Of a DNA stretch of 64,000 nt, positions 50,801-64,000 are shown piece after piece. Positions within the stretch are counted from its first letter, which is position 1, and the number at the start of each line of letters is the position of its first letter. The DNA is from Camelus ferus (Eukaryota), in the NCBI RefSeq assembly GCF_009834535.1, contig NC_045697.1, forward strand, positions 93,064,001 through 93,128,000, in the 5' to 3' direction. The notes beneath the pieces were generated by a model that was given only the letters and a program-made list of their open reading frames with translations, had not been told where the DNA came from and made no database searches. Both the position numbers and the translations under genes were made by a program.

Positions 50801-52399
50801 CAGGAGAGAAGAGAATGAAAGATGACTAGAAAGGAAGGAGGGGAAAGGCAGAGGGAGTGGAGAAAGAAGAGGAGGAAGGTCAAAGAATAGAAACAATGAA
50901 AGCATGAAGAAGCAATTAAAGGAGAATTTAAGGGATGGATTAAAGAAGAAACAGACAAATAACTCATGTAAACATTACAAGAACTTTAATTAATTGTCAG
51001 AGAGCTAGAAAGAAAATTTACTCATAAAAATTGAGTTTTTATTAAAGTCTCATTAAAATCAATAATGAAATAATTATACAGGAAAATGAAAATGGCTGTG
51101 AACACTGATAATAAATCAGAGAAAGCTTAGTGCACAGCATGACTATTATCTTTTTCTTTTATTGGGACGTAACGCTTATGGTGTCAAATCCACTCAAAAT
51201 AGAATATCAAAAAGTTTCCACAGATGTTATCCTCAGAAAACCTCCCAGAGCTTATATATATTTAACTATTCAGTTAGGCATGGAGCGAATTTAAGGAGTC
51301 TGGTTCCAGGGAAACAGATCCTTCCAAATCGAAAATTAAAAGTATGTGGAACAATAGTAGAATATGGTCTCTTTCTCTTTATATGTTCACAAGTTTGTTT
51401 TATAGATTTTCAAGTATTCTATACAGAATATAAAGAGATGAACAATTCAGTGGGCATAAAATTAATTACTCAGATTATTATTATTTGACCAAAAATCAGC
51501 TTGTATATAGAGATGGACAAAAGTCACTTAAAACTAACTCAGCCTATGGTATCAAGAGAAACTTTCTGTTCTCCTTTAAAACAAACAAAATGGGTGTTGG
51601 GCAGAGGCTGAAATTAGCACTTGATTGAGACCCGCAGAGCTCCAGTTATTCTGGTTCAATCTCCTTCCTCACTCCATATCAGACGCCACCTACCCACCAG
51701 ATCACTGTCTCCTTCACTACTAAAAACTTTGAAAGAAATCACTTCTCCAATATAGATTATGTTAGAATCGACATTTCCCTGAAACAATCAGGCATTTGGG
51801 CACCACTAATGGGTAAGGCCCTCCAGGTCGTCCATCCTCACCAGGGCTCCTCCATTTGTCTGGTCTGATTAATAACCACCACCCCAAACAAATGTTTCCA
51901 CTGTATCCTCTGGAATCTTCAGTCTGACCTAAACAAGTTTCTATAGTTTTCGAAATATTTTTGTTTCAGTTGCATTTGATTGCTTTTATCTGTAAGTAGT
52001 ATATTCTTGGCAAGAGGCTTAACAAATATGAATATACTTTTATGCACAAAACCTGAAGCCCAGATATAGACGTTTCGCTAGTTTGGTTCAATTTCTGTAC
52101 TTCTGCCCTGTTATTCTCAGTATGATGGTTTCCTGTCCTCATGTTTTTGCCTTGCCTCTTAGTAGGAGGATGACTGACATAGGTCAAAGCATCTGGCTCT
52201 ATCTGAAGGTAATAATAAAGAAAAAGAGAGTACAGACGGCTGTGTCTGCCTGTTTGAACAGGAAAACAAAAGTTCGCCAGTGATTCACCCTCATGTCTTA
52301 CTGGTCAAAGCTCGGTTATGTGGCCTCCAAAGTTGTAAGGGACACGGTTTCAATTACGGAAGGGAAAATTCCCTGCAGACATCACTTGTCTTCCTCAGG

Positions 52400-52699
52400 T
52401 GATAGGTCTGTTTTTCTCTCTCACACACATACTCCACATAAGCTTTGGAGGTGAGGAAACTGCCCTTATTTTGGTTTTCCTTGCTACTGCCATTTTATTT
52501 CTCCTCGCTCCTTTCTCAAGAAACTTCAGGTCTTTTGAAGCATATGACATCAGACCATATACCCCAAACACACATTTTTGCACAATATACCAGCCTCCTT
52601 GCCATTCTTGTTCCTTTGAAGATTCCATCGAGCTCATTCTGTTCTTCCTCACAAAGACTTCAGTAATCATATTAGGTGACATGCATTCACACAGCACAG
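52400..52699 (+). mobile_element. L2 ORF2 endonuclease fragment
   Basis: SFEAYDIRPY...IYQPPCHSCSFED...VIILGDMH matches the L2/CR1 APE motifs IYRPP and ILGDFN.H. Confidence 0.82.
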
Positions 52700-53253
52700 T
52701 GAGAAAGAGAAAGGCAGCCTCTATCACCCAGGAGTTAGCCTGCAATTACCAGCTATGCCTTGGCCTTGTCCAAAGCTGTTTCTCACCTCTTGGCCATATT
52801 GAACATGAATATAAATATCAGACAAGACAAATCCGTGATCATCCAAGATCAAGAAAAAATCAAGTCCACAAAATAATCATGTCTGATCACAAAACAAAAC
52901 ATGAACATTTTCCAAACCACAAAAGTGACCAAATGCTCCCCTGTCTTCACTAATAGGAATGACTGCTGCTTTTTTTTTTTTTTAACTGATTGCTATTTCA
53001 TCCTTAGTCCAGTAAGAAGTGTTAAGATATTTAATCATTGAATTATCCCTGATCCAGGAAAGCATCCAATACATAACGAAGCCCCACTACCCAAATCCCT
53101 TCCCAGAGGCACTTAACCCAAATCCAAACATTTCATAAGACTTTGCTCGCTTCCTCTTACTGAAACACCCCGTGTTTTCCCATGGTATATGTTCATCCAA
53201 CTTGGTCAACTACAAATATGTTTCTGGTAGCTTTGGGCTGAAAAGCACTGTCA
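52700..53253 (+). mobile_element. MER39-like ERV1 LTR
   Basis: Starts tgagaaagagaaaggcagcc and ends ctttgggctgaaaagcactgtca. Confidence 0.72.
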
Positions 53254-53319
53254 ACTTAGACTTGATGAAATATTGTATATATTGTCATTTTGAATATATG
53301 AAATATTTTACAATAAAAT

Positions 53320-54398
53320 AAGTAGTAGAGCCAGAAGTAAGATAGTGAAACAGCAAATAAAGTACTCCCAAGGGTATTTGCTGTAAAAAGGAAGTGAATT
53401 TGGGGGAAGTAAGTGGCATATGGGAATCAGGATTTTGGTTTTTTTTTGGTTATTGTTCTTTTTTAAGGATGAGATATGTTACAATATGTTTTTAACCTAA
53501 TGGGACTGAGTTAATAATGAGAGGATAATTAATGATACAGAGACAGAGGAAGTGATTGTAGGAAGACGGTCTTTGAATAAGGAAGAAAGATCAGGGATCC
53601 GGCGTACAGTTTTTAAGGGCTGGCTTCAGAAAGAAATAACTGAATTTGTGCATCAGGACAGTAGTCAGAAAATATTGGTCAAGATACAGCTGTATTGCTA
53701 AATTTGATGACTAGAAAGTTAGACTTTTCTAAATGCTTAAATTTCTCTTGCTGGGATAGGAAGGGAATTTCCTGCTGAGAACAGGAAGGTAAAAGAAGTT
53801 TGGATGTTTCAAGAGACACAAGGGCATGTGGAAAAGCTTTTTTGGAGAGTAAGAAAGTATGAAACACAAACTTTGTAGCTACATAGTCAGCTGAGATCAG
53901 TTATTCTTTATATGTATGAATTGGTTATCCTTTGTATATGTGCACATTCAGTTGCTTAGGGAAAGATGAAGAACTGAGAATTTAGGTTCGACCAGGATTA
54001 AAGTTTTACTAAATGTTTTTAACAGAAAAAATGGGGCAAGGACAGTACATAAATGGCCAAAGGCAGTGAAGAGTACAAAGCGGCCAAGTAGGAACTCTAC
54101 CTAGTGAAGAACAGCACAAAAATGGCTAAAGAAATAGGAAAAAGTGGTAAAGTAGTTAATTAGAGAAGCTGAGGAAGTCAAAATATTGTTGGCGTGTAAG
54201 TACTGGAAAGAGATAAAGTGGAAAGTAATTGGAAAGATAAGCAATAATTAAAGTGTGATGCTTGAAATTGAGATTTTTATGGTGTCACAGTTATTAATAA
54301 TCACAAAGCCTAGGATATGATAATAGAAGTCTCTGACTGAGTGACTTGGAGGAAGGAGCTCCTGTTAGTAAGGAAGTCAGACAAAGAATAGTGGTAGT
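53320..54398 (-). mobile_element. L2 fragment (end of endonuclease onward)
   Basis: Reverse complement reads HILGFVIINNCDTIKISISSITL, matching L2 HTLDLVITNNC...ISISSIPL. Confidence 0.72.
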
Positions 54399-55246
54399 TG
54401 CCAGTGCTCTCCAGCCAAAGACAATCCTTGTACATGTATAACAAAAAGAAAGATTCCATTTTTGATGTTTGGCTACTCACAGATTTCAAGTCCCTCCTCC
54501 TCCTCTTTCCTCCATGCCCTACAAGTGGACAACCTGATACAGAAGCTGGCATGCGCTTGTTGACCTGAAACAAGATGCCAGATATGTCTCCAGCAAAGAT
54601 GGGTTTATTCGGAATCAGCAGTGAATTGCAACTGAGGGTCTGCAACCATGGCCAGCCACAGGCAAGTCCCCCAGAGGCAAGGGAAAGAATATACTTTGGT
54701 AGAAGAGAAAAGGAAGTTGGGAGGGCTATAGTAAGCAAAGAGTCCGTGGCTTTTCATTGGCTGAGTCCCTGCCAGAAAGAAGAGGATTCTTCTTAATGGG
54801 CTCTACTCCAGTTGTGGAGTATGAAACCTCCCCTTGATGGTCACCCGGCTCAATTTAACTGAGGTTTCAGTTTACTAATTTTTCACACACTCTTGGTCAT
54901 CTTTAAACCACAGGAACCCTGGCTTGTAGGGAACTGGTTCCACATGGCATCCTGGTGGCCCTGTGCATATCCATGGGCCCTGTCAGCAAGGTTTGAACGA
55001 CCCCTAGTCTGAGTCTTGGTAGAACAGCATGTGATCCTCCTAGGACAGAAGGAGTTGCTCTGAGGCCATCTCCCACTTGCCTTCTCTCCTCCCTGGGAGG
55101 CTGTTTTGAGACAGTTTCTCTGGACCTATCAGTTTCTGAAAACTTTTGACTTGCCCTCCCCACCTCACAATAGAGGTACACAATATAAGACACGTAGCTG
55201 CAGTCTAGAATTGGCTCCTCAGTAATGAGGTGTTCCACTACTCACA
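54399..55246 (-). mobile_element. ERV1-class LTR hosting a nested LTR
   Basis: Reverse complement ends gtctttggctggagagcactggca. Confidence 0.6.
54558..54887 (-). mobile_element. Nested solo LTR, same family as 62261-62625
   Basis: TG...CA ends; TSD cgct/cact (one CpG-type change); shares gatgggtttatt...ggtctgcaaccatgg with the 62.3-kb LTR. Confidence 0.82.
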
Positions 55247-55413
55247 TTCCAGGTATCTGATCTCTTTTTTTTTCCTTCTTTTTTCCCTCTGTTTGTATGT
55301 ATCTCTTTCTCTTTTTCTCTCTCTGTATGTCTTAATTACATATATAATTATATATATATATATATACATATATATGTAATATCAATAGGTAAATGACTTT
55401 ATAGTTCTCAGCA

Positions 55414-55832
55414 TAGTAGTCCCTCATGATCTACAGTTTTTCTTTTCATGGATTCAGTTACCCAAAGTCAGCTGCAGTCCAAAAATATTAAGTGGAAAAT
55501 TCCAAAAATAAGCAATTCTTAAATTTTACATTGAACCCTATTTGGAGTAGCATGACGAAAGTTCGGATCAACAGCAATAGTCCTAGTGCCTGTGTTCAAG
55601 TAACCCTTATTTTACTTAGCAACGGCCCCAAAGCAGAAAAATAGTCATGTTGGTAATTTGGATATTCTCTTTCTGTGCTTAATTTACAAATTAAACTTCA
55701 TCATAGATAAAGTTTATCATATCTATGTATGCATAGGAAAAACTTGGCATTTATAGGTTTCAGTACTGTATGTGGTTTCAGGCATCCACTGGGGTCTTGC
55801 CATGCATCCCCCACAGAGAGGGGCGACTACTG
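55414..55832. mobile_element. Tigger-type MITE (MER44-like)
   Basis: Terminal inverted repeats (t/c)agtagtccc ... ggcgactactg, followed by TA. Confidence 0.82.
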
Positions 55833-58800
55833 TATCAGAAATGTGTTGTACAATATGAGCTGAAATGACTCACATTTCTAGAAGTTAGACATGGGTGGGT
55901 AAATTCATTTACCTGCTGCACATTTAAGTCTCTCTAGATACATTGAAGGTAGGTGTTTCTCATATGACTCTTATTTTAAAAAACTATCCATCAAGTCAGT
56001 GTTTTATAATCATTTTGCTGTCTCTCAATGTGTACTGTATTCATGCTGAAAGAAATCTTTATATTTCACTTGAGATTGTGATGTTCCTTTGCAGTTAAGA
56101 TTTACCATTAACCTCAGGGATGTTATTTTTTGTTGTTACTGAGGGCAGACACAATTTATCTTTTAGTGGTCGAGTATGACTGGGGGCTGATCTATTTCTA
56201 GTCACAGTGTCCTTGGGGTTGGTGATAATTCCATCTGTACCATTACAAAGTCTTTAAATCTTCACATTCCAAGTTCTAGAATTATGTTACAGATGTCTTT
56301 ACCTCATTATATGGGTACTGGGGGATTGTTTCATCTGGTGTACTTCGATACCGTGTGTACCTTAACAAGCAATCTGGCATAAGCCTTCTGTTTATAGCAC
56401 AAAACATAGCATTGTTATATATCACGGGTACTGTTAATTACACTGCTACGCTAGGCATCATTAAACCTCACAATGCTCAAAGGCATGTCAGGAGGATTTG
56501 TTTTTACTTAAGCTAAGCTGCTTTTAAGACTCAGAGTTAAATAAACAATCCATGTGACAACTGAGTATACTACAATATATCATTTCTTTTCCAGCTTTGG
56601 TTAAGACTAATCTGTTGGCAAGTTTAATTTTTTGGCCAAATTTAACCCATTCTTTCTAACCCTTTCCTCATAGTGTAAAAGGAATAGTCATCCTCTCTAC
56701 TTCCTTGGATTGTTCTAAGGGCTAAATGAAGCATCACATCATGTAAAGTGTTTAGCAAAGGCTTGGCACATAAATCAGTGTTCAATTGCTGGTCTTCGTT
56801 ATTCTATTTCAACTTGTAGTAGTAGGAATAACTATCAAAGAATGTGTAAGCTAATCAGGACCGAAATAGTTTAATGTCAAAACAAGAATTTCTTGGTTAC
56901 TGAATGTGACAATCAAATTTCATCAAATTCAGATAAGAGCATTTGGATGTATTTTCTATTATTATTATATAACTAAAAGGAAATATCTGTCTGATTGTAA
57001 TAAATTTATATTTTAGAGTGCAACCAAATTTAAATTTGATGAGTTTGAAAAATTACAGTTTTTTTTGTATATTAATTAACGATGCTATCTTATTTTTTTC
57101 AGTGACACTGATTGTAATCAATATGATTTCCAAATGAGAGCCTGGAAATAAAAATAAAATGATCTTTCGTACTAATAGGAGTAGAACTGGTAGGGGTTTA
57201 GAGAGATCTCTAGAGATAGACTCACTGAGTTTGAATGCAGGTTCTCCCACATACTAACTTGATAATTTTCAACAAGTTGTAAATTTTGCCTTATTTTCTC
57301 ATGTATAAATGGGGATCTAAAAAATAGTACTTCCACTGAAGTTTACTGTGAGGGGTATGTAAGTTAATATAGAACATTCTTAGCATTTAGTAAGAATCAT
57401 GGTTTTAGTTGTCTGTTATAGCAAAGGGGCACTGAAATTTAATATCTTAAGTCAACAACAGTTTATTATTTTTCATGATCTGTGATTCTCTTCTGGTTTC
57501 CTCTTATGTAGCTGATTGGGTGGATGAGAAGATCTAAGATGACCTCATCCACAAGTGTGTTGGTTGGCATTAGCTATGAGCTAAGTCACTTCAGACCTTC
57601 TCCAGGCAGCCTTTTATCCTTCCATACTGTAGGCTATTATAGTTAAGAACTCTGTCTACATTCATTCAATCCAGTGTTTTACAATAATGTTAGCTGACAA
57701 AATACTGTGGGTTTTTTTTTTTTTAAGTTATTGCACAATTCCTATCAATAACCTCACAAAACTAGAGAACTAACAATTTTTTTTTTTTTTTACATTTTTG
57801 GTAACAATGATTTAGTCCAACATATCTTTGTTTGTTTGTTTCACACAAATATCAAAACAAAAACAAAAAGCAAAGCAGAACAAAACAAACAAGCAATCAA
57901 AAAAACACTTCTAGACCAAAGGGGTAAATAAACCATGCCAAATCTCATAGGCATTGTTTGAGTCTGGCTTACAAACTGTACTTCTAACATGCAATCAGAT
58001 ACCCCTTGCCCATTCTGTTTGTTATTAATGGCAGGTGAGTAATATGTGAGTTTAATGCTCTAGTTTTAGATAGACTAACAGGGCATGGATGTATTTTAGA
58101 CTAAGAATAGAAATAATGATTTAGTCATTACAAAACATTTGTATAAAAATAAATGAGTGATATTATAAGCACTCTTGCATAAAAGTCTGTTCCATTTAAG
58201 TTAAAATTTTTAAATCAAGTTCCACTTCAGTTAAAAATTTTAAATTTTCTCTTTGCTTACACAATATTAGAAAATTCGAACTCACAAAGATAGGATTTGC
58301 AGAGTAACTGCAAGTGTTTGCTATCTGTGGCACAGAGCTTCGTAAGTTTAGGTAGTATAAGTTCCAGACATTAGGGAGCCTTCTAACTGGAAAAGCAAAA
58401 TAAAACATCAAAACAGAAAATTACTCTTAGCCTTCCATAAGAAAATGTCATATACCACATTAAAAAGTGCACGTTCTTTCCATTTCTTATAAAATCTCAG
58501 GATTCCTAGATATAATTTATCCTGTATCGCTATCCTAGGTATGTGGTCCCTAGACTCCTAGTCCTCTTTACATCGTTCTCTTTCCAGAATATGCTACGCA
58601 GTGCCTCACTCTCAAACTGCAGCGCATTTTACACTCTAGAGCATAAGTGGTCATGTAGTTAATAGCTAAATAATTTATCTAAAGAAAGGAATTCATAAGG
58701 TGAACTGGGTAAGTAATTTTGTTATTATAAATATCATGGAAAAGGGGAGAGAGAGAGAAAAGATCCTTAGGTAAAATTGAGTTTGACTCGATCTAGAAAA

Positions 58801-59397
58801 ACTTGTAAGTATGAGAATGACTTTTTCAATTATATCTTGATTAACTATAACTCAATGTATCATTCATTCATCTGGTATAATGTAATATTCATTCAATAAA
58901 TATGTCCTATGTATAGGCATAGTGCTAAATGCAGAGCTAATTATTCTTGCAATAAAACAGTTAACAGTCTACCAAAACTTCCAAGAAAATTTTTTTAACT
59001 GAGGATATTAGTTAAACTATCAAACATTTCAGATAAGTTATAAAAAATTTGAAAGAAGCTCTTTTAAAATAAGTCCAGTATTCTTATTAAATGTAAGACA
59101 TGTTGGGCAATACCTGCCTTACACAGTATTAAAGTAGTAACTTCATTAATGTTGACTGAGTAAAAAATTAGAATAGTCATAGAAGAAAACACATTCTTCT
59201 GATTTTCAATTTGAAAATAAAAAATTATATTGATGCTATTAAACTCATATTTATAAATACACTAGTTTATAAATACAGTATTGAGGAAAAATTTTAAATT
59301 ATTTATTCTATGTGTGCTAGAATACATTTTACACTTGAGGTGAGATAACTATGAATTCTAAACATGACCACTCTTGCCTTAATAGAAAAAAAGTAAG

Positions 59398-59399
<2 letters not shown>

Positions 59400-59429
<30 letters not shown>
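59400..59429 (+). repeat. (TG)n microsatellite
   Basis: Directly visible. Confidence 0.95.
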
Positions 59430-59434
<5 letters not shown>

Positions 59435-59793
59435 GTAAAAGTAAGTTGCTTTGTGAATTTAACATTGGCAAAATAATATCTTCTCCTGTGTGAAAACAAA
59501 AGTATTGACGTTCAAAGGAATAGACATCAAAATAATTACATAAAACACTTTCACACTTATAGTACTCCATCTTTAACAAGGAAATGATATTAGAAAATTT
59601 ATATCATTACATTAAAATGGATTGTAGTATATGTAAATAATTTGGAAAGAAATGATAAAGCAGCTATTAAGACCTATATGAAGGCATCTTGATTTTTAAA
59701 TTTAAAAAATAGCAAAATTATTATGAAATATATATTTTCTTTATCATAATGTAGTATAAGTTAGCTGTACATTCAAAAAACTCTTAAGCCTTT

Positions 59794-60452
59794 TGTACCA
59801 AGCAGGACCCTATGGGGCGTTCCTGAGACAAACACCACTCCCCCAGTGTCCTTCACCTGTCTCTTGTTTGTCGAAAAGTTTTAGTCTCCTAGGACTTCCC
59901 TGAGTCACAGAAGTTGGGCTCAAGAGTGAATAATTGGAAGAATGTAAATGTAACGAAAGAAAAGCAGTTGGGCCAGGAAAATTGGTAACAATGGAAACAA
60001 CAGATCAGCCATATAGCAGAGTCACAAAATCTTTAGTTCCTCCCCGAAGGACATAGATAACAGTGTCTGATGCACATTTCTGAGTCATTTTACAGATACC
60101 AAAACCCCCACCAGATGGATGAAGCTAACTGCATGATGTCCAGGGACACACAGCCCCCAGATCAGCTGGAGTCTGAGGAATGATGACGTTAGTCTCTGCG
60201 GCATCAGTCTGTTACCTCACAATCAACCAATCAGAGAATTATGCACCAGATGATCATGCACCCCGAGACTCTCTCCCTCATTCTGCCTTTAAAAACTCTT
60301 CCCTGAAATCCAACAGGGAATTTGGGTATTTTGAGCATTAGCTACTTGTACTCCTTATTGGTACCTGCAATAAATGTTGCACTTTTTCCTTCATCACAAC
60401 CTGGTGTCAGTAGATTGGCTTTACCGGCAAACACAAGATTGGTTTGGTAACA
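59794..60452 (+). mobile_element. ERV1-class solo LTR
   Basis: TG...CA ends; perfect TSD CTTT (59790-59793 and 60453-60456); CCAAT, TTTAAAA and AATAAA in order. Confidence 0.9.
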
Positions 60453-60629
60453 CTTTTACTCATTGTATTTCAGTCATATTAAAAAAAAAAAAATTTAGTA
60501 GGTGGTTAAAGATTATTCCTATTTATTCAATAACAATCCAAGAAATGCAAAAGATGTAGAATATGATAACTAACTATAGAATATTGAATGATTGTATTAT
60601 GCCTGTTTATGTATTAAACATATATATAT

Positions 60630-61900
60630 ATATGTGTAACATTTTTCACAATAGACTTTAACTTTAGGAACAGGTTTAGATATACTGAAGAACTGAGGCA
60701 ACAGTACCCATATATCTTATGCTTAATTTCTCTATTAATATTAACATTAATAAGGTTATACATTAATAGGGTATACTTACTACAATTAATAAATCCATAT
60801 TGACACATTATTACTAACTGAAATCCATTGTTCATTCAGATTTTCTTAGACTTTATCCAATATCTTATTTCTGCTCTAGGATGCCACCTGGGATGCCACA
60901 TTTTATTTAGTTGCCATATCTTTTTGGATCCTCTTAGCTCTGACAATTCCTCAGATATTTCTTGTTTTTGATGACCTTAACAATTCTGAGGAGTACTGGG
61001 TCACTGAATTTATAGGGTCCTCCTCCACTGAATTTGTCTCATGTTTTTCACAAACACCACGAAGATCTCGGCCTAAGCACTGAAGCCAAAGAGAGAAAAC
61101 CTCTATTCAGGATCCATTATGCTTACAAGACGGCAATGGAAACTTCAAACCTGTCATCCAAACTGTTCCTTTGTGCCGCTTTGCGCTGGATCCCCTTTCC
61201 ATGTGTCTTGGACACTGGCAACCCTTAGTGTACTTTCCATCACTGTAGTTTTTCTTTTTTCTAAGAATTTCACTTAACAGAAACTGTATGTGTAATAGAT
61301 AATATATGTAGCCAAAATTTCTTGATTCCTGCATTTAGCAGAACGCTTTGGCGATGCCTCCATGTTGTTCTATCTGTTAGTAGTTCATTTCTTTCCTTTG
61401 CTAGTAATGCCCCATTGACGAGAGGCACCACAATTAATTTTCCATTAGGGCTCATCAGGGAATGTTCAGATTTTTGTCTGAACATCTGAATACAAGTTTT
61501 TGTGTGGACATATGTTTTCATTTCTCTTGTGTGAATATCTGAAGGTAGAATGCACAGACTGAACAGTAGGAATATATTTAACTGTGTAAGAGCCTGCTGA
61601 CTCCTTTCCAATGTGATGTTACCCCACTCTTTCAACAGAGACACTAAAATATGGAAACATATTGGCTTTTCCAGCATAAGCGATCAAGCAGTAGCACCTT
61701 ATACTAGTTTTCATATAACTCATGTCTGAGGACTAAAGTTCCAATAAGTAGAATATATTTTCATATTCTATATGTATGATTAACTTACACAATATATTCA
61801 AAATCAGTGTGAGACTTAAATGACTTATTTCTTTTAAAAAATATCACCCCATCCTTTTTCATCTAGCTATATATCCATATTTCATTGAGGCAATATCATT
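60630..61900 (-). mobile_element. Old L1 (L1MC/ME-like) 3' region
   Basis: ORF 61270-61677 HTREMKTYVHTKTCIQMF is the L1 ORF2 tail. Confidence 0.8.
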
Positions 61901-62260
61901 AATATATTTTGTCTCTCTGCTTGAAATGATTGTGACTTATTGATAAATCAAGGGCAGTGCTGAGATTTGACCTTATAGGATCTGTTGTGCATTTTGAGAC
62001 GTTATTGGGGAGAACCTTAGAGATTCAAAGGAAAGTGCTCTCAGAGGGAGGAGTGTTCTTAAAAACTATGAATCATTTTTATAGTAATTGTAAGATCATT
62101 CATGAAGTTACTGGCTTTATTCACATTATGATAAGCCAATTAAGCATTGTTTAGGGATCATAGTATGTAAATTAAAATTGTACTCAACAGTGTTCTATGT
62201 CAGATGTCACTTATTGTAGTTCATTATATTCTAAATTTTGAAAAAAAATATAGTTGGCCT

Positions 62261-64000
62261 TGTAAAAATAAGCAGCAACCTCAATGAAAATAGAGTTGGG
62301 AGGCCAGAAAGGAGAGTTCTTAGGCCCTATGACGGTAGCAGAGCCCAGCAGGAGGAAGAAAGACTTCTTGCCCAGCCAGAGCTCAGACAATGCGATGGTC
62401 ACAACTAGGCCAGTGAAAAACCGCTATATTTGAACCCTCAATTCTTCCAGCAGACTTTCTGTGTGCTAGGTCCCTTCCATCTTTCTCTTCCTCTCTTCGA
62501 AAGAGTTCTCTGCTTGCACATGGTTCACCATGGTTGCAGACCCCAAATAGCAACTCTCTGCTAATCCCTAATAAACCCATTCTGGCTAGAAAAATAACTG
62601 GCAGTCTTTTTGTGTAAGGTCAACATTTTGCGATCTGGAGAAGACCCCTGACAACTCTGAGGCTGGTGAGCAAACAGGTATGAACCCACATTGAGCCCAC
62701 TACTGCTCACAGCTTTTCCTGCTGACCCTGGCATTTGAGAGAAAGTCTTTCTCTGGATCAGAACCCCCCACCTCTTTGCGTTTCAAAGCTCCCCAGGTTA
62801 TATTCGGGTCTGTTTTAAGGCTCTGCCCTTTCTTTTTCTGTATGTGAGTCCTTGGTTGGCCCTTCAGTCGGTACTGTTCCAACTGAAAGTGTCTAGACTT
62901 CAGCCTGGTTTCTTTTGGAACAGGGGCTGTTCAAGCATCAGCCTGACTCCATGGAAACTAGGTTGTTCCATTAGAGCTGTGCTGGGCAGCCTTTGGCTTG
63001 GCTGCTTTGGACTAGACCGTTCCCTCAGAACTGGCTGGTAATGGGCCTGCAGGCTGTTTGAGCTGTCTAAGCTGTTTGAACTGTTTAAGCTGCCTGAGCT
63101 ATTCAGACTGTTTGAAAATCATTCTTTTACTCTAGGAAAAAAAAAAAAAAAAGACTCTGAGAAATGGGATCCCGGTTATGTAAATATTTGACACCCCCAC
63201 CCCGCAACTCTGACACACAGGAACCCCAGCCAATTTTATGGTTTAAAACCACAGTTCTTCCTCATGTTCCTTTCTAACTAAATGGACGAATCGACCCAAA
63301 GGCAATTTAGAACAACAATGGTCATTATGGGAACTTCTGAATTCCCTAAACTAAGTTTTCTTAAAACCTGATTGGACAGCCGATAGCTTAAAATTTTCCA
63401 GAACTGAGTAAAATGCTATTTTGATTAGTATTTTGAGGCTTTCAAATATTACCAGGACCCTAACACTACCTCTCTGCCAAATATGGTTTTAAGATGGACG
63501 GAGGCAAACAAATGATTAAAGACAGAGAAGATGGATACCATGGCCTCGTGCTCCCCATGCTCCTCATGCTCCTCGTGCTCCTCATGCTCCTCGTGCTCAG
63601 GCCCTGGCTCTGGCAGCACCCTCCTCCTCCATTCTACACCAGCTATAACTCCTCCAGACTCTCAAGTTTCCCATACTAATTATCTAGCTAAATTTCCCTA
63701 TTTCCCTGAAATTCTCCCCAATCCTCCCCCCCCCCTTTTTTTTTCCTGGACTTGTCAGAATCTGTCCCTTCAAAATTAAGCTTTCTGAGGATCCAGAGGC
63801 TTAACTCTTTAATTCTTATATTTCCTGGACTAGAACTGAATGGCAACCCACAGTCAAAGGTTTTCCCAATGTAACCAAAGACCTTCAGAGATTTTTATGA
63901 GGAATTTAGTAATAGTCATTTAGACTTATCAACCTTATTTCTCTGATTTGGATCGTCTAGGTCATATGGTTGTCAGTGAAGGCCAGGCCCAACCTGGACG
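62261..64000 (+). mobile_element. ERV1 provirus 5' part: LTR (62261-62625), leader and degraded gag, running off the window
   Basis: LTR with TG...CA ends and AATAAA. From about 63164, frameshifted gag reads GTPANFM / SCSFLTKWTNRPKGNLEQQWSLW and the capsid-like ISWTRTE / VKGFPNVTKDLQRFYEEF / TYQPYFSDLDRLGHMVVSEGQAQ. Confidence 0.88.

Noticed and set aside
52399..52953. Longest ORF (184 aa) as a host gene
   Set aside because: Chimera of an L2 endonuclease remnant reading into a MER39-like LTR; no splice or host-protein evidence
56100..56365. Minus-strand exon-like pieces (YTRYRSTPDETIPQYPYNE|gtaaag; LCNGTDGIITNP)
   Set aside because: Short, separated by an implausibly small intron, and no convincing domain match
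1..64000. CRISPR array or prokaryotic/defence system
   Set aside because: Mammalian repeat landscape; no repeat-spacer arrays or operon-like ORFs

Overview
AT-rich, repeat-dense mammalian DNA, probably camelid, judged from two copies of a tRNA-derived SINE resembling the camelid Vic-type SINE. I find no intact protein-coding gene, RNA gene or CRISPR array. Most tracked ORFs are transposon debris (L1 ORF2, L2 endonuclease, ERV-L pol, ERV1 gag), simple repeats or chance frames. The main unexpected observation is that the non-repeat gaps at about 760-23,050 on the minus strand hold a colinear series of splice-bounded, stop- and frameshift-ridden exon remnants. They translate to several SEA-domain-like units, one sushi/CCP domain, a possible SRCR domain and an FN3 domain. 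Two exons appear split by old transposons (a MaLR LTR and an L1). This suggests an ancient unitary pseudogene of a large mucin-like extracellular protein that I cannot name. All domain and repeat-family calls were made by eye and need HMM/Dfam confirmation; repeat boundaries without a stated TSD are approximate.
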